Origin: a virus
Taxonomy: Duplodnaviria; Heunggongvirae; Uroviricota; Caudoviricetes
Strand: one strand, 5' to 3'
Length of the DNA: 6,073 bases
Virus record (IMG/VR): IMGVR_UViG_2534681736_000018
The position numbers and the translations under genes were made by a program. Shown one piece after another: positions 1 through 6,073 of this stretch. The notes below the pieces were generated by a model. It ran no database searches. It was not told the origin of the DNA and saw only the letters and a list, made by a program, of their open reading frames with translations. How positions within the stretch are numbered: the stretch's first letter is position 1; each line of letters opens with the position of its first letter.

Positions 1-33
1 CGTTGAAAACAGGAAAGTTTTTAACCTGAGATT

Positions 34-51
34 GTTAAAGATATATTACAG
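34..51 (-). promoter_or_regulatory. Pho box-like PhoB binding site, probably the phoE promoter (phoE itself lies off-window to the left, minus strand)
   Basis: Minus strand reads CTGTAAT-ATAT-CTTTAAC, two 7-nt direct repeats with a 4-nt AT spacer, matching the PhoB box pattern (CTGTCAT N4 CTGTCAT); the 7+4 periodicity continues weakly toward position 1. Position upstream of proB fits the known phoE-proB divergent arrangement (from memory). Confidence 0.45.
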
Positions 52-239
52 ATTAATGATATTCTTAAAATGTGGTAATTTATTAAATCTGTAATAAAAG
101 CGTAAACAACTGCCGCTAGGCTTGCTGATCCCGCGCAACAAAACGCCATGCTTTGCTCGCAGATGGTTGGCAACCGACGACAGTCCTGCTAAAACGTTCG
201 TTTGATATCATTTTTCCTAAAATTGAATGGCAGAGAATC

Positions 240-1343
240 ATGAGTGACAGCCAGACGCTGGTGGTAAAACTCGGCACCAGTGTGCTAACAGGCGGATCGC
301 GCCGCCTGAACCGTGCCCATATCGTTGAACTTGTTCGCCAGTGCGCGCAGTTACATGCCGCCGGGCATCGGATTGTTATTGTGACGTCGGGCGCGATCGC
401 CGCCGGACGTGAGCACCTGGGTTACCCGGAACTGCCAGCGACTATCGCCTCGAAACAACTGCTGGCGGCGGTAGGGCAGAGTCGACTGATTCAACTGTGG
501 GAACAGCTGTTTTCGATTTATGGCATTCACGTCGGGCAAATGCTGCTGACTCGTGCTGATATGGAAGACCGTGAACGCTTCCTGAACGCCCGCGACACCC
601 TGCGTGCGTTGCTCGATAACAATATCGTTCCGGTAATCAATGAGAACGATGCTGTCGCTACGGCAGAGATTAAAGTCGGCGATAACGACAACCTTTCTGC
701 ACTGGCGGCGATTCTGGCGGGTGCCGATAAACTGTTGTTACTGACCGATCAAAAAGGTTTGTATACCGCTGACCCGCGCAGCAATCCGCAGGCAGAACTG
801 ATTAAAGATGTTTACGGCATTGATGACGCACTGCGCGCGATTGCTGGTGACAGCGTTTCAGGCCTCGGAACTGGCGGCATGAGTACCAAATTGCAGGCCG
901 CTGACGTGGCTTGCCGTGCGGGTATCGACACCATTATTGCCGCGGGCAGCAAGCCGGGCGTTATTGGTGATGTGATGGAAGGCATTTCCGTCGGTACGCT
1001 GTTCCATGCCCAGGCGACTCCGCTTGAAAACCGTAAACGCTGGATTTTCGGTGCGCCGCCTGCGGGTGAAATCACGGTAGATGAAGGGGCAACCGCCGCC
1101 ATTCTTGAACGCGGCAGCTCCCTGTTGCCGAAAGGCATTAAAAGCGTGACTGGCAACTTCTCGCGTGGTGAAGTCATCCGCATTTGTAACCTCGAAGGTC
1201 GCGATATCGCCCACGGCGTCAGTCGTTACAACAGCGATGCATTACGCCGTATTGCCGGACACCACTCGCAAGAAATTGATGCAATACTGGGATATGAATA
1301 CGGCCCGGTTGCCGTTCACCGTGATGACATGATCACCCGTTAA
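240..1343 (+). CDS. proB: Glutamate 5-kinase (gamma-glutamyl kinase), 367 aa
   Basis: ORF 153-1343; translation from the internal Met at 240 ([19 protein letters not shown]...) is recognisable as E. coli ProB with kinase and C-terminal PUA-like regions; 11 bp before proA. The in-frame extension back to 153 lacks an RBS and is not used. Confidence 0.96.
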
Positions 1344-1354
1344 GGAGCAGGCTG

Positions 1355-2608
1355 ATGCTGGAACAAATGGGCATTGCCGCGAAGCAAGCCTCGTATAAAT
1401 TAGCGCAACTCTCCAGCCGCGAAAAAAATCGCGTGCTGGAAAAAATCGCCGATGAACTGGAAGCACAAAGCGAAATCATCCTCAACGCTAACGCCCAGGA
1501 TGTTGCTGACGCGCGAGCCAATGGCCTTAGCGAAGCGATGCTTGACCGTCTGGCACTGACGCCCGCACGGCTGAAAGGCATTGCCGACGATGTACGTCAG
1601 GTGTGCAACCTCGCCGATCCAGTGGGGCAGGTAATCGATGGCGGCGTACTGGACAGCGGCCTGCGTCTTGAGCGTCGTCGCGTACCGCTGGGGGTTATTG
1701 GCGTGATTTATGAAGCGCGCCCGAACGTGACGGTTGATGTCGCTTCGCTGTGCCTGAAAACCGGTAACGCGGTGATCCTGCGTGGTGGCAAAGAAACCTG
1801 TCGCACTAACGCGGCAACGGTGGTGGTGATTCAGGACGCCCTGAAATCCTGTGGCTTACCGGCGGGTGCCGTGCAGGCGATTGATAATCCTGACCGTGCG
1901 CTGGTCAGTGAAATGCTGCGTATGGATAAATACATCGACATGCTGATCCCGCGCGGCGGGGCTGGTTTGCATAAACTGTGCCGCGAGCAGTCGACGATCC
2001 CGGTGATCACAGGTGGTATAGGCGTATGCCATATTTATGTTGATGAAAGTGCAGAGATTGCTGAAGCCCTGAAAGTAATCGTCAATGCGAAAACTCAGCG
2101 TCCGAGCACATGTAATACGGTAGAAACGTTGCTGGTGAATAAAAACATCGCCTATAGCTTCCTGCCCGCATTAAGCAAACAAATGGCGGAAAGCGGCGTG
2201 ACGTTACACGCAGATGCATCTGCGCTGGCGCAGTTGCAGACAGGCCCTGCGAAGGTGGTGGCGGTTAAAGCCGAAGAGTATGACGATGAGTTTCTGTCAT
2301 TAGATTTGAACGTCAAAATCGTCAGCGATCTTGACGATGCCATCGCCCATATTCGTGAACACGGCACGCAACACTCCGATGCGATCCTGACCCGCGATAT
2401 GCGCAACGCCCAGCGTTTTGTTAACGAAGTGGATTCGTCCGCTGTTTACGTTAACGCCTCTACGCGTTTTACCGACGGCGGCCAGTTTGGACTGGGTGCG
2501 GAAGTGGCGGTAAGCACACAAAAACTCCACGCGCGTGGCCCAATGGGGCTGGAAGCACTGACCACTTACAAGTGGATCGGCATTGGTGATTACACCATTC
2601 GTGCGTAA
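1355..2608 (+). CDS. proA: Gamma-glutamyl phosphate reductase (glutamate-5-semialdehyde dehydrogenase), 417 aa
   Basis: ORF 1355-2608 preceded by AAGGAG (1342-1347) 7 nt upstream of ATG; translation ([30 protein letters not shown]...) recognisable as ProA, aldehyde dehydrogenase superfamily; proBA operon arrangement. Confidence 0.96.
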
Positions 2609-2613
2609 ATAAA

Positions 2614-2679
2614 ACCGGGTGATGCAAAAGTAGCCGTTTGATTCACAAGGCCATTGACGCATCGCCCGGTTAGTTTTAA
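2614..2679 (+). terminator. Possible proBA terminator / thrW upstream structure
   Basis: 12-bp stem (2614-2625 ACCGGGTGATGC pairs with 2659-2670 GCATCGCCCGGT, one G-U) followed by TAGTTTTAA; the 33-nt loop is atypically large for an intrinsic terminator. Confidence 0.3.
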
Positions 2680-2722
2680 CCTTGTCCACCGTGATTCACG
2701 TTCGTGAACATGTCCTTTCAGG

Positions 2723-2798
2723 GCCGATATAGCTCAGTTGGTAGAGCAGCGCATTCGTAATGCGAAGGTCGTAGGTTCGACTCCTATTATCGGCACCA
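2723..2798 (+). tRNA. thrW: tRNA-Thr (anticodon CGU), 76 nt with encoded CCA
   Basis: GCCGATA acceptor stem pairing with TATCGGC, D-arm GCTCAGTTGGTAGAGC, anticodon loop TTCGTAA (CGT), T-arm GGTTCGACTCC, 3' ACCA; matches E. coli thrW from memory. 114-bp gap from proA as in the K-12 arrangement. Confidence 0.95.
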
Positions 2799-2812
2799 TT
2801 AAAATCAATAAG

Positions 2813-3976
2813 TTACACATCATTAGTACCTTCCTTATTTTTTGACTGGGACAAATTTGGGACCGATGGGTTCAGGATCGAGTCTATTTGCCGTGCGTGT
2901 TCGGTAAGGTGATTAGGTGCAAGGTGAGCATATCGACGAACCATTTCGATAGACTCCCAGCCTCCCATTTCCTGTAACACTGACAACGGGACTCCGGCTT
3001 GAACCAGCCAACTTGCCCAGGTGTGTCTCAAGTCGTGAAATCTGAAATCATCAATACCAGCCCGTCTCAGCGCCGCTTTCCAGGCTGTGTTTGCGTCATA
3101 CCGCATCTTCCTTACTGTTGGCGCTTTCGTTCCGTCTGGTTTGGTACAGCTTTCCTTGTACACAAATACCCAACGGTGATGATTCCCGATTTGTTTTTTC
3201 AATACGCGACATGCAGTATCATTCAGCGCAACGCCAATTGCGCGGTTTGATTTACTCTCTTCCGGGTTTATCCATGCCACCCGGCGCTGCATATCTATTT
3301 GTTGCCATTCAAGGTTGATGATGTTCGAGCGTCTTAAGCCTGTTGCCAGTGCAAATTCAACAACAGACTTTAATGGCTCCGGACATTCATCAATCAGCCT
3401 TTGTGCTTCATGGGGCTCCAGCCAGCGGATCCGTTTATTCTTTGGTTGAGGCACTTTAATAATTGGTGCCTTATCCAGCATTTTCCATTCACGCTCTGCG
3501 GCTCTTAGTAGGGCCTTTATAAATGAAAGATGCGTAGCCTTCGTTGCAACGGACGCTGGTTTTGGCGTGTATTCTGGAACAGGTTTCCCTTTTTTTCTGC
3601 ATGCTTCTGCCCTGAGTTTCCAGTTTTCCTCATGACGCCGGTTCGTCATTTTCTGCATTGCTGAATAAATTTTTGATTCAGTAATGTCTCTTAGTTGCAT
3701 TCCTGCGAAATGTTGAAGCCAGAATCCGATCCGGCTTTTGTCATCGTCCAGCGATTTTTTATGTGCTTTCTCTTCAAGCCACCTGACACACGCTTCCTCG
3801 AACGTTATATCAGGTATTTCACCAAGTTTGCTGACCCGCCATGCTTCAGCCTTTAGCTTGTCATGGAGTTCTGTCGCCTGCCTTTTGTCCTTTGTTCCAA
3901 GAGACTGTTTAAATCTTTTACCGTTCGGCAATGTGAAACTGGCGTACCATATTTCACCTCTGCGGAAGAGTGACAT
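2813..3976 (-). CDS. int: Phage tyrosine integrase, P22 Int-like, 387 aa
   Basis: ORF 2813-3976 (-); N-terminus [41 protein letters not shown] is characteristic of P22/lambda-family integrases; C-terminal catalytic region with ...[39 protein letters not shown] (R..H..R..Y motif region). RBS AGAGGAAAG upstream of ATG. P22 is known to integrate at thrW. Confidence 0.93.
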   Translation of the reverse strand: MSLFRRGEIWYASFTLPNGKRFKQSLGTKDKRQATELHDKLKAEAWRVSKLGEIPDITFEEACVRWLEEKAHKKSLDDDKSRIGFWLQHFAGMQLRDITESKIYSAMQKMTNRRHEENWKLRAEACRKKGKPVPEYTPKPASVATKATHLSFIKALLRAAEREWKMLDKAPIIKVPQPKNKRIRWLEPHEAQRLIDECPEPLKSVVEFALATGLRRSNIINLEWQQIDMQRRVAWINPEESKSNRAIGVALNDTACRVLKKQIGNHHRWVFVYKESCTKPDGTKAPTVRKMRYDANTAWKAALRRAGIDDFRFHDLRHTWASWLVQAGVPLSVLQEMGGWESIEMVRRYAHLAPNHLTEHARQIDSILNPSVPNLSQSKNKEGTNDV

Positions 3977-4203
3977 TTTCTTTCCTCTGTTATGCCATCA
4001 CCCGCGCTCACCTGGACAGTATGCAGCGGAGACTGAAGAGCCGCAATGCAGGCTTGTCGTGTTGTGAGGTAAGGAGATTTATTCTTAGTGGGATCTTTGC
4101 GTGTTGCCTGAAGACGCCCTGTGCGTATCCAGTTAATGGCAGTCGGTCTGGATATCTTGAGAAAATGACAGGCCTCATCGAGTGTGAGGCTGTATGGCTC
4201 CAT
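3853..4203 (-). CDS. xis: Excisionase (Xis), P22 Xis-like, 116 aa; 3' end overlaps int by 124 nt
   Basis: Internal start of ORF 3853-4287 at ATG 4203-4201, preceded by AAGAGGTGAAATA (strong RBS); begins [31 protein letters not shown], a helix-turn-helix typical of the excisionase/AlpA family; TAATG start/stop overlap with the upstream gene. 116 aa matches my recollection of P22 Xis length. Confidence 0.75.
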   Translation of the reverse strand: MEPYSLTLDEACHFLKISRPTAINWIRTGRLQATRKDPTKNKSPYLTTRQACIAALQSPLHTVQVSAGDGITEERKCHSSAEVKYGTPVSHCRTVKDLNSLLEQRTKGRRQNSMTS

Positions 4204-4508
4204 TATTTCACCTCTTGTTGTGACATTGTTGAAAAATGGATACCTGCTCGTTGCTGCCAGACGATCCAACCGAGAGTCATATCCCATGCCATGTATTCGT
4301 TATCGCCGTTTTTTGCTCTCCGACGATCTACTAAGTCACCGAAACGCTTTTCCATGAATAATTCATAAGCTTCGCGTTCATCTGGTTCTACTTCCAGAGA
4401 TAGGAGTGCGATTTCATAAGCACGGCGCTCAATATCGTCTCGCACGTCAAGGCTGCTGATACGCTCTTTAATTTCTTTAATCAGTTCTTTGTCGGTAAAA
4501 GTGGTCAT
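4203..4508 (-). CDS. Hypothetical prophage protein, 101 aa (size and position reminiscent of CPS-53 YfdT; from memory, unverified)
   Basis: ORF 4203-4508 (-); acidic, helical-looking sequence (MTTFTDKELIKEIKERISSLDVRDDIERRAYEIALLSLEVEPDEREAYELF...); TAATG overlap with the upstream gene at 4508 and with xis at 4203; GGAG upstream of start. Confidence 0.7.
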   Translation of the reverse strand: MTTFTDKELIKEIKERISSLDVRDDIERRAYEIALLSLEVEPDEREAYELFMEKRFGDLVDRRRAKNGDNEYMAWDMTLGWIVWQQRAGIHFSTMSQQEVK

Positions 4509-4870
4509 TATGCTCCAGCCTCCGGTGCTTTTGGCATTACTGCCCAGTGAGTGATATTGACGTTTTCAAGGTCCCCGACCTGAAATGTCCACTGCCATTC
4601 TCCGGTTTCTTTTTGTCCCCAGGTGTACCAGAGAGAACGCCAGCCAATTAGCCAGCCTTCTCCGTTAGCATCGAATAACAAAACACTTTCATTTGCTGGT
4701 GGCAGTTCAGTTGACACTGGTATTACTTTGTTTTCCTGTGCTGCACATTTAGCTTCAAGCGCATCGAATTTACGCACCAGGTATTCAGCATCTGTTTCAT
4801 TCACTTTCAGATCTCGCGGTACACATCTCCCACGAAGAAACCCTTCCATTTCGAAAACATTCATGCGCAT
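4508..4870 (-). CDS. DUF551-like prophage protein, 120 aa (reminiscent of CPS-53 YfdS; from memory)
   Basis: ORF 4508-4870 (-); C-terminal Trp-rich segment GWLIGWRSLWYTWGQKETGEWQWTFQ...ITHWAVMPKAPE resembles the DUF551 pattern common in enterobacterial prophages; GGAG 8 nt upstream of ATG 4870; overlaps the HD gene stop by 10 nt. An alternative ATG at 4864 is possible. Confidence 0.7.
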   Translation of the reverse strand: MRMNVFEMEGFLRGRCVPRDLKVNETDAEYLVRKFDALEAKCAAQENKVIPVSTELPPANESVLLFDANGEGWLIGWRSLWYTWGQKETGEWQWTFQVGDLENVNITHWAVMPKAPEAGA

Positions 4871-5397
4871 TTGCGTAACTCCGATAACTCGTTAAAACGT
4901 TCCATAAACATCCCGTAGGCATGGCCCGGTGCCTGTGGAATCACTTTGAACATCTCTGTTGCCGGGATACCTTCCAGTACAGGCCAGAAAGAGCCATCAT
5001 CAAGCCCGAGATCGCGGCGTTCGGTTGCCAGCATAATGAGATCGGCATATTTCACTGGCGTGCTCATAACAGGAGGTAACCCGTATTTCTCACGTATTAC
5101 GGCGTCTATTTTTTCTTCCATCCGTTTATAGTCAGGAAGAAGTCGTTTCAGTGGTGCGGGGATGTCCTGGCAATATGCTTCTGTTGCATCATGCATTAAA
5201 GCTTCAAAAGCAAATTCCTGTGGCACCAGCTGGCTGCAAAGCACCGCATGTTGGGCGACACTGTAGAAGTGTGAAAGATGTCCTGCAAAGCGACAGATAT
5301 TTGAAAGGGAAACCGCGATATCGTTAATAACGATGTCGTCTTTATTTATCCTGTCATAATAAAAATGCTTCCCGGAAAAAGTTTTAATAAATGACAT
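4861..5397 (-). CDS. HD-domain phosphohydrolase, YfbR/YfdR-like 5'-deoxynucleotidase family, 178 aa from ATG 5397 (187 aa if from 5424)
   Basis: ORF 4861-5424 (-); motifs HFYSVAQHAVL (His) and LMHDATEAYCQDIPAPLK (HD) parallel the YfbR motifs (...HSLQVAMVAH..., YHDASEVLTGDLPTPVK) as I recall them; the start at 5397 has GGAGAA 6 nt upstream, whereas 5424 lacks a clear RBS. Confidence 0.8.
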   Translation of the reverse strand: MSFIKTFSGKHFYYDRINKDDIVINDIAVSLSNICRFAGHLSHFYSVAQHAVLCSQLVPQEFAFEALMHDATEAYCQDIPAPLKRLLPDYKRMEEKIDAVIREKYGLPPVMSTPVKYADLIMLATERRDLGLDDGSFWPVLEGIPATEMFKVIPQAPGHAYGMFMERFNELSELRKCA

Positions 5398-5521
5398 TTT
5401 GTTCTCCACGTATATGCGCTGCACCGCGCTGAATTCGGGTAAAAGGAAGCCCTCACCGTCCGGCGATTATTGAGTCAATTACATTTCCATAAATGCCCCC
5501 GTAGGGGCGGTTAGTTTCTCC

Positions 5522-5610
5522 ACAAAACAGAGAAGAACACCTGCGGTGGCAGCCGCCCGGATGGATTGGGTTATGAGCCCGTCGTCCGGTGATGCTCTTC
5601 TCTGTTTTGT
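5522..5610. repeat. Perfect 15-bp inverted repeat (ACAAAACAGAGAAGA / TCTTCTCTGTTTTGT) enclosing a 59-nt GC-rich interior
   Basis: Arms at 5522-5536 and 5596-5610 are exact reverse complements; the interior contains nested GC stems (e.g. GCGG...CCGC at 5543-5556). Confidence 0.9.
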
Positions 5611-5618
5611 AAAAAGGA

Positions 5619-5655
5619 CGGTACCAGCCGGAAGCAAGGGTACAAGCTGGTACCG
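5619..5655. repeat. Perfect 10-bp inverted repeat hairpin (CGGTACCAGC / GCTGGTACCG), 17-nt loop; on the minus strand it is followed by UCCUUUUUA (terminator-like)
   Basis: Arms at 5619-5628 and 5646-5655 are exact reverse complements; plus-strand 5610-5618 is TAAAAAGGA, so a minus-strand transcript would have a U-rich tract immediately 3' of the stem. Confidence 0.85.
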
Positions 5656-5910
5656 CTAAGACTACACACAGCATAAAGTTGTGGTGCCGGGTGCCTCCCG
5701 GTGCCTGGCGAAGGTTGCACACCAGGCGGGTGGGTATCCACAGAAGGTCGACTGTCAGCCTCAACCTTAACCCGCGTGCGCTGAGCCGCATTCACCACAA
5801 CGCTAAGGATTCTCTCTGGTTGAAAATACTTAGCTGTTATGTGCCTGTCTTTTCACCACTTCAGGCTCGGTGGTATCCTTTTAAGCCCGTATACATAAAA
5901 GGAAAATCAA

Positions 5911-6045
5911 ATGACTTTTGATGAAAAAGAACTTGATAATGCAATTAATAAAATCATCGTAACGTCGCTCTTTTCCTGTCTCAGCGACACTCAGCAAAAA
6001 CAGTTTGAACCGCCCCGGGTTTCCTGGAGAGTGTTTTATCTGTGA
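5911..6045 (+). CDS. Small ORF, 44 aa (MTFDEKELDNAINKIIVTSLFSCLSDTQQKQFEPPRVSWRVFYL), divergent from the phage operon; uncertain whether it is a real gene or a remnant
   Basis: ATG at 5911 preceded by AAAAGGAAAA (RBS-like) 6-7 nt upstream; TGA at 6043-6045; below the ORF-track threshold; no recognisable family. Confidence 0.3.
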   Translation: MTFDEKELDNAINKIIVTSLFSCLSDTQQKQFEPPRVSWRVFYL

Positions 6046-6073
6046 ACTCAGGCTGCCAGATCATCGTTTCCGA

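Larger units (their letters stand above)
5446..5889. other. GC-rich, non-coding, highly structured block: candidate structured ncRNA / moron-associated RNA (strand unresolved)
   Basis: No convincing ORF; several perfect or near-perfect hairpins (5495-5508, 5522-5610, 5619-5655, 5687-5701, 5702-5728, 5761-5823); bracketed by an imperfect long-range inverted repeat (5446-5457 vs 5876-5889); lies between divergent starts at 5397 (-) and 5911 (+), where an AT-rich promoter region would be expected. Confidence 0.35.
2799..6073. mobile_element. P22-like (lambdoid) prophage, integrase-proximal arm (partial; continues beyond window end). The att core probably overlaps the tRNA 3' end.
   Basis: Tyrosine integrase ends 15 bp after the tRNA 3' end; int-xis-accessory genes all co-oriented toward the tRNA; composition by eye shifts from GC-rich proBA to AT-richer phage genes. 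Confidence 0.85.

Noticed and set aside
153-239. N-terminal extension of the proB ORF back to ATG 153
   Set aside because: No RBS; the Met at 240 gives the canonical [10 protein letters not shown]... ProB N-terminus.
351-1214. Minus-strand ORFs 351-539, 812-1183 and 858-1214 inside proB
   Set aside because: Entirely antisense to the well-supported proB CDS; Arg/Ala-rich translations typical of GC-rich antisense frames; no RBS.
1242-2689. Minus-strand ORFs 1242-1466, 1333-1581, 2152-2406 and 2300-2689 overlapping proB/proA
   Set aside because: Antisense to proB/proA; no start context; most parsimoniously spurious.
2691-2712. Short palindrome TTCACG-TT-CGTGAA upstream of thrW
   Set aside because: Loop too small for a stable hairpin; likely just part of the thrW promoter-proximal sequence. 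No function can be assigned from sequence.
4204-4287. Longer Xis start at 4287 (144-aa version, MGYDSRLD...)
   Set aside because: Would overlap the upstream 101-aa gene by 85 nt without an RBS; the ATG at 4203 has a strong AGAGGTGA RBS and a TAATG coupling junction.
2999-4368. Plus-strand ORFs 2999-3250, 3091-3318, 3738-4067 and 3970-4368 antisense to int/xis
   Set aside because: Embedded in the strongly supported integrase/excisionase genes on the opposite strand; Ser/Leu/Cys-rich junk-like translations.
4623-5131. Plus-strand ORFs 4623-4895 and 4946-5131
   Set aside because: Antisense to the DUF551-like and HD-domain genes; low-complexity Ser/Arg-rich translations.
5398-5424. HD-domain gene start at ATG 5424 (187 aa)
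   Set aside because: The ATG at 5397 has a GGAGAA RBS at appropriate spacing, whereas 5424 lacks one; the longer form is kept as an alternative only.
5453-5921. ORFs 5453-5791 (-), 5571-5798 (-) and 5679-5921 (+) within the structured block
   Set aside because: Translations are Arg/Cys/His/Pro-rich with no hydrophobic-core pattern and no RBS; they overlap one another on both strands; the region is better explained as structured non-coding sequence.
5425-6073. Calling a definite retron (msr-msd plus RT)
   Set aside because: No reverse-transcriptase ORF is present in the window; the only downstream ORF is 44 aa and has no RT motifs. Retained as a hypothesis, not a feature.
1-6073. CRISPR array
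   Set aside because: No regularly spaced direct repeats of 24-40 nt with unique spacers anywhere in the window.

Overview
The window runs from an enterobacterial (E. coli-type) core chromosome into the integrase-proximal arm of a P22-like prophage inserted at tRNA-Thr (thrW). The core part holds a probable PhoB box for the off-window, leftward-reading phoE promoter (34-51), then proB (240-1343) and proA (1355-2608), a possible terminator, and thrW (2723-2798). The prophage starts within 15 bp of the tRNA 3' end and, all on the minus strand, carries int (2813-3976), a 116-aa xis overlapping int, and three tightly coupled accessory genes: a 101-aa hypothetical, a 120-aa DUF551-like protein and a YfbR/YfdR-like HD-domain phosphohydrolase. 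The most unusual part is a roughly 490-bp GC-rich, non-coding, heavily structured region (about 5425-5910) between that operon and a divergent plus-strand mini-ORF (5911-6045). It contains a perfect 15-bp and a perfect 10-bp inverted repeat, smaller hairpins, a tandem 10-nt repeat and a long-range imperfect inverted repeat bracketing the block. I read it as a candidate structured ncRNA or moron locus, possibly retron-like, but no reverse transcriptase or effector is visible before the window ends, so that is a hypothesis only. All homology statements come from reading the translations and from memory; no database search was run.
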